DNA of 64,000 nt, from contig CAXXUA010000004.1 in assembly GCA_963663765.2 (NCBI GenBank), positions 576,001 to 640,000 of the forward strand, in the 5' to 3' direction. A program made the position numbers and the translations under genes. Under the pieces are notes generated by a model that ran no database searches, was not told where the DNA came from, and saw nothing but the letters and a program-made list of their open reading frames with translations. This document shows, piece after piece, positions 53,528 through 64,000 of the stretch. Source of the stretch: Candidatus Poribacteria bacterium (GTDB lineage: Bacteria; Poribacteria; WGA-4E; WGA-3G). How positions within the stretch are numbered: position 1 is the first letter of the stretch; each line of letters starts with the position of its first letter.

Positions 53528-55090
53528 CTAATGTCGGAAATGTCGGACACCCGTAAACACCATCGCTATACCGTAGGTATCTGCAGTTTCAATCACAGAT
53601 TCGTCATTGACAGAGCCACCGGGTTGAATAATAGCACGTATACCTGCATCGCCAGCAATCTCAACACCATCGGGAAATGGGAAGAAAGCATCGGACGCTA
53701 AAACAGCATCTTTCGCTTTATCGCCTGCCTTACGTACAGCGATGATCGCGGCATCTACACGGCTCATCTGCCCCGCACCGATACCGACTGTTTGCGTGCC
53801 TTGCGCAAGCAGGATACAGTTGGATTTGACATGCTTACACGTTTTCCACGCAAAAAGCAGAGAATCTATCTCATTGTCTGAAGGTTTACGTTTGGTTACA
53901 AATTGTAAATCACTTTTTACAATGTTTTGCACATCCGGATCTTGAATTAGCACACCCCCAGTTACATTACGAACTTGCATCACCGGTTTTGATCCTGAAA
54001 GTGAACCTGCCTCAAGGATTCTGCGACTTTCAACGCGAGACAACGCACGTAAAGCCTTTTCGGTGTAACTCGGTGCGATGACCGCCTCAATTTTTACGCC
54101 TGACCTTGCAGCATCACGTATAGTATTTGCCGTTTGAACAGTCACTTTACGATTTAACCCAACGATTGATCCGAATGCAGAAGTCCTATCACATTCAAGT
54201 GCATTGTTGAAAGCATCTTGTAGGTTGCCAGCCGCTGCAAGTCCACACGGGTTATTATGCTTGATGATAGCACACGCGGGGGTCTTAAAGTCCTTGACAA
54301 TCTCTAATGCAGCATCTAAATCAAGAATATTGTTGAACGACAACGGAGGTCCATTCAGTTGTTTTGCCCATGCAGCACTTGGTCCCGGTGAAGAATCAGT
54401 TCTGTAGAAAGCAGCGCGTTGATGTGGATTCTCCCCATATCTCAGCGACTCACCCTTCTGATAATGTTGTGTTAGAACATCACCAAATTCGTCATCACAA
54501 TCTAAATTGGAAAGATATGTAGAGATCGCGCTGTCATAATGTGCAGTATGTTGGAATGCCATCTTGGCTAATTCAAATCGTCTCTCTTGAGACAGGCATC
54601 CATTATTAGCATCTAACTCTGTGATGATGTGCTTGTATTGATTAGGGCTTGTTAGGACAGCAACGTGTTGATTATTCTTAGCAGCAGCTCGAATCATCGT
54701 CGGTCCACCAATGTCAATGTTTTCAATCGCTTCTTCAAGCGTTACATCTGGTCTGGCAATGGTTTCTTCAAATGGATATAGATTACAAATCACCATATCA
54801 ATTGGTGTGATTCCATTGTCTATTGCTTGTGATGCATGTTCTACGTTATCCCATTGAGCAAGCAGACCGCCATGGATTCTTGGGTGCAGAGTCTTGACCC
54901 TTCCATCTAACATTTCAGGAAAACCTGTATAGTCAGAAACATCAATGATTTCAATGCCATTTTCACGTAGATGTTTGGCTGTACCGCCTGTGGACAGGAT
55001 TTCGACATCATATCGGACAAGTGTATTAGCTAACTCTAACAGACCTGATTTGTCATAAGTGCTGATTAGCGCGCGTGTTATTTTCTTCAT
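53528..55090 (-). CDS. purH: Bifunctional AICAR transformylase/IMP cyclohydrolase
   Basis: GRVKTLHP, IDIGGPTM, LRYGENPHQ, ASDAFFPF, RHFRH. Confidence 0.98.
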   Translation of the reverse strand: MKKITRALISTYDKSGLLELANTLVRYDVEILSTGGTAKHLRENGIEIIDVSDYTGFPEMLDGRVKTLHPRIHGGLLAQWDNVEHASQAIDNGITPIDMVICNLYPFEETIARPDVTLEEAIENIDIGGPTMIRAAAKNNQHVAVLTSPNQYKHIITELDANNGCLSQERRFELAKMAFQHTAHYDSAISTYLSNLDCDDEFGDVLTQHYQKGESLRYGENPHQRAAFYRTDSSPGPSAAWAKQLNGPPLSFNNILDLDAALEIVKDFKTPACAIIKHNNPCGLAAAGNLQDAFNNALECDRTSAFGSIVGLNRKVTVQTANTIRDAARSGVKIEAVIAPSYTEKALRALSRVESRRILEAGSLSGSKPVMQVRNVTGGVLIQDPDVQNIVKSDLQFVTKRKPSDNEIDSLLFAWKTCKHVKSNCILLAQGTQTVGIGAGQMSRVDAAIIAVRKAGDKAKDAVLASDAFFPFPDGVEIAGDAGIRAIIQPGGSVNDESVIETADTYGIAMVFTGVRHFRH

Positions 55091-55153
55091 ATTTCATCTA
55101 TTCCGTTTCTTGTTTTCTTGGGATAATAAGTAGGATTAAAACAATACGATAAA

Positions 55154-56428
55154 CTATGTCACATATCTGGGAAATCCGAAACCATCATTTGCCACGTGGC
55201 TTCGTGCGGGAATCTGTGCGCGGGTAGGTATAATGAGATCCATTTCAGACGTGTTTTCTATAACAGTGCCATCCCCGATACGCACCTCATCACCGATCAT
55301 GATTTTCCCAGGATGTTCCGCTGCCCCGCGTATCGTTCCAATGACAACTGATGACCCGATACGACATCTTTGATCAATTTCAACAAACCCGTATATTTCT
55401 GTATTGGTACCGATGGTCGTATAGTCAGCAATTTGCACAGGGCCGAGGAGGCTGGTATCTGTGCCGATTTCAACGAAGTCACCAATTACAGGGTGTCGTT
55501 GCTTAACTTTGACACTCAAACCGCCAAGTGTACAAGGATAGATAACACACCCGCATCCAATAATCCCTGTTTGTCCGGTCGTCACACCACGGTGTGGGTG
55601 TTCCAGTAGATTCGCATCGCCAATGATAGTTTCTGGGTGTAAATCTGCTTGATAGTAACGTCCACCAAGTTCAGCAATTGCCCGAGGTAGCAAGGGGACC
55701 GGAATTCTGTGCAGGGCAGGATTATCTTCTGGTGGTTCGCTCCGCGTCAAAGCATGGGCGACATCATGGTAGAACAAAACACGCCATCCAGGATATGTGC
55801 TGACAACCAGTTGGAGTTGATACTCAAAAACTGGAGCAAGGTTTAAAGTACCAAGAAAATCTTGGTATGGGTCAAAACTTCGTTCCTTGATTGCGTTGTC
55901 AATCTGTGCGCGGAAATCAAGGGCTGCAAGTTTTTCACGAGAAATACCGTTATGCAAAAGGTATGCATCCCAAACTGCCGGGTCTTTAAGGGAGGCAAAC
56001 CGATTCCATAGCGCGCGACTCTTCAACCGGGGTAGTTCCCATAGCAGGGCAAAGGCGATTTCAAGCGCAGCATCAAGATGCGTTTCATCTGAAACTGCTA
56101 AAAACGATTGCGCTACCATCGCATATAACTGGTCTGCTACCTCTTCAATCGCTTCAGGAAGTTCACGTTTTTGGTTAAAGAGGTGTGGTGCATTATGTGA
56201 ACCGGGAGCTACGCATTCTAACAGATTACCCAGAACGGTTTCAAGAATATCACGGTTGACAAACCCACGTCCTGAACGTTGTGATAATCCCTCGCGGCTT
56301 GTACTGTCTATACGCAGCGCATTCAGTTCCGACTTACTGTAGGTAGGACGCAGCCGATCTACAGTTTTGGTCAGAAGTGGCTTTTTCCTTTGTTCGTATG
56401 AGACATCAAATAGCGTTGTTTCAGACAT
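55154..56428 (-). CDS. Divergent serine O-acetyltransferase-like protein (left-handed beta-helix)
   Basis: DLHPETIIG, TLGG..QRHPVIGD, hexapeptide repeats; long unrecognised N-terminus. Confidence 0.7.
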   Translation of the reverse strand: MSETTLFDVSYEQRKKPLLTKTVDRLRPTYSKSELNALRIDSTSREGLSQRSGRGFVNRDILETVLGNLLECVAPGSHNAPHLFNQKRELPEAIEEVADQLYAMVAQSFLAVSDETHLDAALEIAFALLWELPRLKSRALWNRFASLKDPAVWDAYLLHNGISREKLAALDFRAQIDNAIKERSFDPYQDFLGTLNLAPVFEYQLQLVVSTYPGWRVLFYHDVAHALTRSEPPEDNPALHRIPVPLLPRAIAELGGRYYQADLHPETIIGDANLLEHPHRGVTTGQTGIIGCGCVIYPCTLGGLSVKVKQRHPVIGDFVEIGTDTSLLGPVQIADYTTIGTNTEIYGFVEIDQRCRIGSSVVIGTIRGAAEHPGKIMIGDEVRIGDGTVIENTSEMDLIIPTRAQIPARSHVANDGFGFPRYVT

Positions 56429-56451
56429 GTTATATAATATATATGGTTCTA

Positions 56452-56675
56452 ACGAGTTGTGCTAAATAACTATATGTTAATCATTGTTTCACATAAGCAT
56501 GACGTTTCGCAGGTGTCTTTCATAGTTTGAAACGATCTTCAGTCCCGTAGGGATGATATGTTTATAGAAAACGTCATAGTACATCCTCTTTAGTCCCGTA
56601 GGGACGATATGTGTGCATTATAAACCTAATATATGCAAAAACTTTGAAAACAATGGGTTAACTGGCACAAGTCGT
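56452..56675. mobile_element. Copy of the ACGAGTTGTGC-type MITE
   Basis: Near-identical to 3085-3309; flanks GGTTCTA and GATTCTA. Confidence 0.88.
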
Positions 56676-56990
56676 GATTCTAGGTAATCTTATCCAAACC
56701 TACTACCATATCAATAGTTTAAAGTTTTAGCATTCCTAAATTATACTACTTGATGGTATTGAAAGCAATAGAATTTATTAAGAAAAACGACTTGTACCAG
56801 TTAACAATATGTTTTGTTTGTTTTCACATATTTTCGCATTAGTGCTATAAACAGATCGTCCCTAATGAAGATTAATTTATTAATTCGGTAATAAATATTC
56901 CTACACGGTAGGCGGGGAATGTCTAAATGGCATTCATCCTGTTGATTTCTTGATTTACTGGTCGCGACTGTTTTGATACATGGTCTCCAT

Positions 56991-57721
56991 ACGGTCGCGA
57001 CCGGGAGGTCGCTCCTACCCACGCAGGATACGGTCGCGACCGGGAGGTCGCTCCTACCCACGCAGGATACGGTCGTGACCGGGAGGTCGCTCCTACCCAC
57101 GCAGGGTACGGTCGCGACCGGGAGGTCGCTCCTACCCACGCAGGATACGGTCGCGACCGGGAGGTCGCTCCTACCCACGCAGGATACGGTCGCGACCGGG
57201 AGGTCGCTCCTACCCACGCAGGGTACGGTCGCGACCGGGAGGTCGCTCCTACCCACGCAGGGTACGGTCGTGACCAAGTGGTCGCTCCTACCCACGCAGG
57301 GTACGGTCGTGACCAAGTGGTCGCTCCTACCCACGCAGGGTACGGTCGCGACCGGGAGGTCGCTCCTACCCACGCAGGGTACGGTCGCGACCGGGAGGTC
57401 GCTCCTACCCACGCAGGGTACGGTCGCGACCGGGAGGTCGCTCCTACCCACGCAAGGTACGGTCGCGACCGGGAGGTCGCTCCTACCCACGCAGGGTACG
57501 GTCGCGACCGGGAGGTCGCTCCTACCCACGCAGGGTACGGTCGCGACCGGGAGGTCGCTCCTACCCACGCAGGATACGGTCGCGACCGGGAGGTCGCTCC
57601 TACACACGCAGGATACGGTCGTGACCGGGAGGTCGCTCCTACCCACGCAGGGTACGGTCGTGACCAAGTGGTCGCTCCTACCCACGCAGGGAACGGTCGC
57701 GACCGGGAGGTCGCTCCTACC
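56991..57721. repeat. 19 tandem 39-bp REP units
   Basis: Unit ACGGTCGCGACCGGGAGGTCGCTCCTACCCACGCAGG(A/G)T; REP on the minus strand is GTAGGAGCGACCTCCCGGTCGCGACC. Confidence 0.95.
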
Positions 57722-58919
57722 TATGCAAGTGTGTAATTAATTCCATAATTTACCATAAATGAAGATTAGTTTATTAAATAGGTGATCATATAGTTCTCAC
57801 TCAGTAGGTGGGGAATGCCATACGCGCAGTCTTACCGATGATTTCTTGATTTGGTGCTTTGTATGCGCGCAGGTATGTCAAATCCCAATGGATATCTATT
57901 GGTGATCTATTGGAAATCCCAATAAACAGACTCCCAAAAAACTACAAAAACCATAAAAATCATATATAATATATACAAAAGAAAAGCACACAACAAAAAC
58001 ACTATGCAAAACTAACACCCAAACACAAAAAATATACAAACAAAAAACCGTACCAAAAAATGAAATTAATTTCTCTAAAAAACACAACAAAACCCCAATA
58101 AAGCCTTATAGATACTGGACGCACAACGACTTAACAAAACCGTACCGCAAACCGAGAAAACCGTACCTTTTGGTACGGTTTTGATAGTAGTAAATTATTA
58201 TGAATTCTCAAGAAAAACACAAACAATTGGCAGTGATTCCTCATAGAAAAAATAATAAAACAAGAAGCAACGACACCATATTAAAAAGCAGATATACAAG
58301 AAACTCACAAAAACCATTACGTTTTCGAAAAAACATGCTTTCAGGACTTACTACGACTAATTTAAAAGCCAATTTGCAAAACATCCACAGTATGTTATTT
58401 CATACCACGCGGTCTGTTTTGCACAATTCGGACTAACGACAAATTGAATGTAAAATTCTATTCTATAGAAGACTTTAGAATTAATTGGACATTATGTTCG
58501 GTTATGAAACCGAACATATCAAGGGTGTTGTAGCAACTTGAGTTAAAATTAGTTGAATTAGTTGAAATATCAGCAGTGACGATTCTATAATGTTTTTTTC
58601 TTGCATTTATTAATAAAAAATGCTATAATTTTTTAGAATTTGTTAATTTGACCCAAAAATAAACGTATTATAATCGTAACAAAGGATAATTTAATTAATA
58701 AGTTGGCAATATCGGTATTATTTTACTGTGTTCAGTTGCCCTTTATTGTTTGGTTTATGTCAAATTCTGTAGTATAAATAAAAAGATCTATTTCGGTATA
58801 GCTAGCAAATCGAAGTAGAATTTAGATATATATATAACATTAGTATGATATTTTGGTAAGCGCGCTTTTTGCCAAGATACCATAAGAATGAGATAGATTG
58901 AAAAGGAGAATTCATAGCT

Positions 58920-59642
58920 ATGAAAAGAACAGCAATTTTATTAGTAATAATTGCTTTTATTGCCATCGCACCTTCAGCCTTTGCACAAGAGTGGCAACCT
59001 GCTGGTGATACGTGGATAGAAAAATGGTGGGGTCTTGATTTAGTTCGTAACACAGGTGCGCATACTGATGCTGCTGCACGCGACTTTCTTGATGAAGGCA
59101 CAGGTGGTGAAATTAATAATTATAGTGCTTCCACACGTTATGGTGCTGGTTTAACTGGACAAATCACGATCAACCTTCCTGACAATGGCGGTGCTCTTGG
59201 ATGGTCTGTGATCACTCTTGAAACAGACAGTGATCGGAACATTTCAAGGAGCCACGGTTTTACTGATGAGGGCAGTGTTGCCTGGCACGGGATTATTCTT
59301 GTGTTGTCTCCAGATGACAGGACGACGACAATTTATCCCACACACGATGACAATGCTCAAATCTGGCTAAACGGAGAACAAGTTTATACTAACCCAGCAT
59401 GGACAGGTGGTGTATATAATTCCCCTTCACCCGCAGAAGTTGAACTTATCAAGGGTGAAAACTTTCTACACTACAAGGTAAGTGAAGGCGGCGGCGGAGA
59501 TTATGTGAATCTTCGTTTTGATGAAGCTGATACTGACCTTAGGATTGCTCCAACCGTTGATGAACGTTTTCTTGATGTGCTGACTCCAGTTGAACCGAAA
59601 GGTAAACTGACAACTATGTGGGCAGACATCAAACGTAAGTAA
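58920..59642 (+). CDS. Secreted beta-sandwich protein with C-terminal VEP-GK-TTMW motif
   Basis: AAGGAG RBS, signal peptide ending AFA, HDDNAQIWLNG, ends VEPKGKLTTMWADIKRK. Confidence 0.85.
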   Translation: MKRTAILLVIIAFIAIAPSAFAQEWQPAGDTWIEKWWGLDLVRNTGAHTDAAARDFLDEGTGGEINNYSASTRYGAGLTGQITINLPDNGGALGWSVITLETDSDRNISRSHGFTDEGSVAWHGIILVLSPDDRTTTIYPTHDDNAQIWLNGEQVYTNPAWTGGVYNSPSPAEVELIKGENFLHYKVSEGGGGDYVNLRFDEADTDLRIAPTVDERFLDVLTPVEPKGKLTTMWADIKRK

Positions 59643-59663
59643 TTCACAAAAAAGTGATCACAA

Positions 59664-59706
59664 AGCAAGAATCCGTTTCCTTTTGGGATGCGGATTTTTG
59701 CTTTTT
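59664..59706 (+). terminator. Rho-independent terminator
   Basis: AGCAAGAATCCG...CGGATTTTTGCT stem followed by a T-run. Confidence 0.7.
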
Positions 59707-60413
59707 AAATAAAGGATAGCAAATCAGTGTATTATGGTCCTGTAAACAAACTAAGCATCAAGAACGTTGGAAGTGATTGATTGTAAGAAACATTACATGA
59801 ATTTAAAATACATATATACTTTCATTGATTGACGTTTTGCTTGGAAATATTCAATCAAATAATTGTATACTATAACTTGGACAGTTTTTTCCAAACATGA
59901 GTTGATCAGAAATTGATTCACCGCTTATGTTACCAAATCAAAACACAACGAACAATACAGAATCCTTCTTTACTCCAGCGGAACAATGTGTTTATAGCCA
60001 CATTTTTCAACCGAAAACTCTGTTCCAGCGGAGCAGTATGTAAGTTCCAACACATAGCACTCCGCTGGATTACAAGTATGTTAGAATACCGTTTTCTATA
60101 ATATAGCACTCCTCTGGAGTACAGTATTTTCTCCGGTTTCACGAATATGCGAAACTCGTAGAAAAATAGAAACACCTTTGAAAACCGACTTGCAACAATC
60201 GGAATGTGTCCAAACTATAGTAAATATAAAAACAATATAAGTTGTTGCCTACAAGATTTTAAGCAGATAGTTACTGGTTATTACTAATAAAACAACGTTT
60301 TTGCATCTATTTTAATTATTTTTATTCTAAATCGTGGTTAGAAACCCCTCCTACAAGAGTAATCCGAATTAGGTAGCAGCTTGAGTTAATATTATCTTCA
60401 TAATTATCTATAT

Positions 60414-62738
60414 ATGTTAACGCGTATAATATTAATGTTAGAAAAGGAGTCTTCATTGTTGAAAAGTTTTTTCTATCTTCTAATGGTTTTACTAATACCG
60501 GTAGTCGCGTTTTCTCAAACGGGAGATATTGAAGGTACAGTTCTTAGCAGAAACACAAATGAACCATTAGTAGGTGCAGAGATTCACATCATTGATATTG
60601 ACATACGCGTAACGACTGATGATAAAGGTATGTTTGTGATAAATGAAATTCCACCTGGGAGCTATACCACGACTATTACGTTACCCAATTCAGAGATAAT
60701 AGAAAAAACTATATTGATAGTAACAGCAGACGAAATCCTGAAACCACAGATTCTCATTAGTACCGTTGATTTTGAACTTGATAGTATAAAGGTAACCACA
60801 AAACGTGAACCTAAGACTATTGTAAAAAAGACCATACAGTCCAAAGAAATCACAAGGTTACCAGGAACTGCAGGGGATGTTCTTCGTGCGCTTCCAGTGA
60901 TACCAGGGATTGGTGTTGCAAATGATTTTAGTGGTGCTCTCTATATTCGTGGCGGGTCTGATGAAGATAATTTATACTATTTTGACCGTGTTCCTGTTGG
61001 CTATCCTTACCACTTTGGTGGTCTTGTTTCATCAATCAGTTCTGAAATTATAGATCGTATTGATGTCTATGCTGGCGGGTATGGTGCAGAATTTGGAGTG
61101 GATTCTCAAGCGGTGATAGACATATATTCGAAGGACAGCAGTCAAGATAATTTGCGTGGGAAATTCAACCTTAATCTGCTTTACTCAGAGGGTTTGTTTC
61201 AAGGGAAAATTGGAGAAAAAGGATATTGGTATGCTGCAGGACGTAGGAGTTACATTGACCTTTTCGTTGGTTCTCTTTCTTTTGAAACAGGTGCAATCAC
61301 TGCATTTCCCCGTTTTTGGGATTATCAATTAAAGACTGGGTATGATTTTAATGAGAAACATCAACTCTATATCAATTTTTTTGCGTCAGGCGATAAGTTT
61401 GCTGTGCAATTAGATGGCGAAAATGTAGATGAGGACTTCAGGGGAAGTACGAGTTTTGAAAGTGGTTTTGAGGGTGCAGGTATACATCTACGTTCAACAT
61501 TGACCGAACGTCTTACATCTTATTTGTCGCTTACACGTTCAAACTTTCTATTTGATGTCAACTTTGGACCATTAATTTCTCTTATTATTGATGCACCTAC
61601 TTACACTCTTAGGGAAGATCTTACTTATGAAATTAATGAGAAGCATCGTTTGGAAACTGGTTTGATTCTCGGTCTGGAACCCGGTGAGGTAAGTGGTAGT
61701 TTCACACGAATACCCGATGAGGGTGAAGTAGATTTTGATATCCGTTTTGAAACGAAGTATGAAATTGATGAAACTGTGCGTGGGCAACGGATTGAAGCAT
61801 ATATACAAGATAGGTATAAATTGCTACCCTATTTATCAGCAGTAATAGGGCTTCGGGTTGACTATTTTAGCGAAATTGATGAACTATCAATACAACCTCG
61901 TGGCAGCATACGTTTGGAACTCCCCAACAGTTCAGAACTACAATTTGCTTACGGTATTTACAATCAATCACCGATACCTGGACAACTTTCTCCGAGTGTT
62001 GGAAATCCAGAGTTGAAATCCAGCCAAGCGAGTCATTACATACTTGAACTTAAACGGCAGCTTTCCGCTGACACAGAAATAAAAATGGCTGCATATTACA
62101 AAGACTTGGTTAACCTTGTTACATCTGACGACACTTATGTCTACCTTAATCAAGGTGAAGGTTATGCACAAGGCACTGAAATTTTTCTAAGGCATCAAAG
62201 CAGTGAAAAGTTTTTGAGTTGGATTTCTTACGCATATACACTTTCAAAACGGCGTGATCGTATTGATGAGCCCTACCGATTCTATTCGTTTGATCAGACG
62301 CATGTTGCCACCTTAGCTGCGAGTTTTAAACCTACATCTACATGGGAAATTGGAGCGAAATGGCAATATCGAACAGGTAATCCCTATACTCCTGTCATTG
62401 ATGCCGATCCCCTACCAGATCCAAGATATATTGAAGAAATTGGGGGTTTACAGAATCTAAAGTACGAAAGTTCATCCGATATACTTGCTAACATCATCTA
62501 CATTCCAGTCTATGGTGATACAAACTCTGGAAGATTACCTGCCTACCACAGATTGGATATTCGTCTGAGCAAAACCTTCCGTTTTAGTAGTTGGGAATTA
62601 GGTCTCTTCTTGGAACTTCTAAATGTGTATAACCGGAAAAATTTACTTGATTATCAATATAATGAAGATTATTCTGAGACAACCCCAATAAACCAACTTC
62701 CTTTTATTCCATACTTAGGAATTACTGCTGAATTCTAA
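60414..62738 (+). CDS. TonB-dependent receptor with N-terminal carboxypeptidase-regulatory-like domain (true start probably TTG ~60457)
   Basis: Plug motifs LYIRGG and IDVYAGGYGAEFG; RLPAYHRLD; C-terminal Phe. Confidence 0.93.
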   Translation: MLTRIILMLEKESSLLKSFFYLLMVLLIPVVAFSQTGDIEGTVLSRNTNEPLVGAEIHIIDIDIRVTTDDKGMFVINEIPPGSYTTTITLPNSEIIEKTILIVTADEILKPQILISTVDFELDSIKVTTKREPKTIVKKTIQSKEITRLPGTAGDVLRALPVIPGIGVANDFSGALYIRGGSDEDNLYYFDRVPVGYPYHFGGLVSSISSEIIDRIDVYAGGYGAEFGVDSQAVIDIYSKDSSQDNLRGKFNLNLLYSEGLFQGKIGEKGYWYAAGRRSYIDLFVGSLSFETGAITAFPRFWDYQLKTGYDFNEKHQLYINFFASGDKFAVQLDGENVDEDFRGSTSFESGFEGAGIHLRSTLTERLTSYLSLTRSNFLFDVNFGPLISLIIDAPTYTLREDLTYEINEKHRLETGLILGLEPGEVSGSFTRIPDEGEVDFDIRFETKYEIDETVRGQRIEAYIQDRYKLLPYLSAVIGLRVDYFSEIDELSIQPRGSIRLELPNSSELQFAYGIYNQSPIPGQLSPSVGNPELKSSQASHYILELKRQLSADTEIKMAAYYKDLVNLVTSDDTYVYLNQGEGYAQGTEIFLRHQSSEKFLSWISYAYTLSKRRDRIDEPYRFYSFDQTHVATLAASFKPTSTWEIGAKWQYRTGNPYTPVIDADPLPDPRYIEEIGGLQNLKYESSSDILANIIYIPVYGDTNSGRLPAYHRLDIRLSKTFRFSSWELGLFLELLNVYNRKNLLDYQYNEDYSETTPINQLPFIPYLGITAEF

Positions 62739-64000
62739 ATGGATTTTCCATATAATAAACCTCTTCAGTCGGTAACCGTTCTTATTATTTTCAATATTAT
62801 TTTGTTTTCTGCATTCGGACAGATTGATGAAACTAATGTGGAAGAACAAAAAGGTAATGTTGTGATATTGCCACCCGTTGAAGTAATATTAGAACGAATT
62901 GAAAAGAAACCGAAACATACTTTTGGAAATCAATTAATTACCCGTTCCGTTGGGAGTGGTGGCGACCCTATACGAGTTTTGAACCTGCTACCCAGTGTAG
63001 GTGTATTGAATGATTTCGTTGGAATCCTCTCCATACGTGGTGGTGGACCAGAAGACAATCTCTATTATTTTGATCGATTACCTTTGGGTTATCCGTATCA
63101 TCTACTTGGTATTGTTTCAACTGTGAATGCAGAAGTCATAGAGACTATAGATGTATATCCTGGTGGCTACGGTGCAGAATATGGTTCAGATGCCCAGGCA
63201 GTGATTGACATAAACTCCAGAAGAATCACAGACTCCTACTTCGGTGGAAAACTAAACCTAAATCCGGTGTATTCTCAAGCATTTCTTGAAGGTAATTTGG
63301 GACAACGCGGGTATTGGTATGTTTTTGGTCGCAGGAGTTATATGAGGACTCTTTTTGAGCTTTTACCCAAATTACTTGATATTGATGATGACTTGGTTAC
63401 ACAAGTTCCAAGTTTTTGGAGTTATCAAGGTAAGTTCGTATATCAATTAACAGAAAATCATAGAGCGGTTTTCAATACAATCGCCGCAGATGACTCAGCA
63501 GAATTTAGATTCACCTCTAACGAAGTCTCAGAAAGTGATTTGCAAGGTCCTTTGCAAACGGAGAATCCTTTTGATTCACAAGGTATCCATCTCTATTCTG
63601 AAAAAGAGGAGACATTTAAGTCTATACTTTCTTTGACTCGTTCTTTTTCTGGAACACAACTTGATTTTGGTGAAGGTTATTTCTTTAAGAGTACTGATAC
63701 AGTCACATCGTTACGTGGTGACCTTCAATACTGGGTAAAATTTCCTAAGACTTTGTTAGAAACTGGTTTTGATTTCTCAAGTACTCCCACAAATGTTATA
63801 AGTATCGGTGCGCGACCGCTTGATGAAGGTGATTGGGACTATGATTTTAGGATAAAAATGGATGGAGAAAAAGTACTGACTAACACAACAAATAATTTAC
63901 ATCGTCTGGAAGGATATGCTCAAGTAACACATGATCTTTTTGCATCCCCCTTTGTTGATCTGTATGCTACGTTTGGCTTGCGTTCAAGCTACTTTAATTT
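62739..64000 (+). CDS. Second TonB-dependent receptor, truncated by the window end
   Basis: ATG directly after the previous TAA; translates to GDPIRVLNLLPSVG..LSIRGGGPEDNLYYFD..IDVYPGGYGAEYG, paralogous to the previous gene; absent from the ORF track. Confidence 0.9.
   Translation, partial: MDFPYNKPLQSVTVLIIFNIILFSAFGQIDETNVEEQKGNVVILPPVEVILERIEKKPKHTFGNQLITRSVGSGGDPIRVLNLLPSVGVLNDFVGILSIRGGGPEDNLYYFDRLPLGYPYHLLGIVSTVNAEVIETIDVYPGGYGAEYGSDAQAVIDINSRRITDSYFGGKLNLNPVYSQAFLEGNLGQRGYWYVFGRRSYMRTLFELLPKLLDIDDDLVTQVPSFWSYQGKFVYQLTENHRAVFNTIAADDSAEFRFTSNEVSESDLQGPLQTENPFDSQGIHLYSEKEETFKSILSLTRSFSGTQLDFGEGYFFKSTDTVTSLRGDLQYWVKFPKTLLETGFDFSSTPTNVISIGARPLDEGDWDYDFRIKMDGEKVLTNTTNNLHRLEGYAQVTHDLFASPFVDLYATFGLRSSYFN

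Noticed and set aside
56801-57740. 294-aa, 255-aa and 152-aa repeat proteins
   Set aside because: By-products of a 39-bp DNA palindrome repeat; no RBS or non-repeat domain
58200-58436. 78-aa ORF
   Set aside because: Low-complexity K/N/T composition follows from the A/C-rich tract; no RBS or motif

Overview
Bacterial chromosomal window, most likely from Candidatus Poribacteria. The evidence is 16S signature sites and the recurring C-terminal VEPxGK..TTWGxxK protein motif. RNA genes: 16S rRNA followed by tRNA-Ile, plus tRNA-Ala(GGC) and tRNA-Leu(CAA). Protein genes: a xanthine-dehydrogenase-family operon with MoaD, housekeeping genes (hflX, purH, class V aminotransferase, peptidases), secreted FG-GAP/ASPIC, TPR and ConA-like proteins, and two TonB-dependent receptors. 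Mobile and defence DNA: an intact ISKra4-family IS, and a type I R-M operon interrupted by a HEPN-like gene, a REP-associated tyrosine transposase (RAYT) with large REP arrays, and a DUF4062 gene. Intergenic DNA is crowded with several MITE families carrying GTAG-type REP hairpins, several of them tandemly amplified. The top finding is missed by the ORF track: a secreted outer-membrane beta-barrel gene (30539-31594) whose frame reads through two TGA codons in a U-G-A-U motif just after the signal peptide. It is a candidate UxxU selenoprotein with a possible two-register SECIS. Also notable are a small hairpin cassette that inserts into REPs, a putative C-terminal sorting signal, and localized A/C strand-skew patches. 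All calls were made by eye, without database searches.
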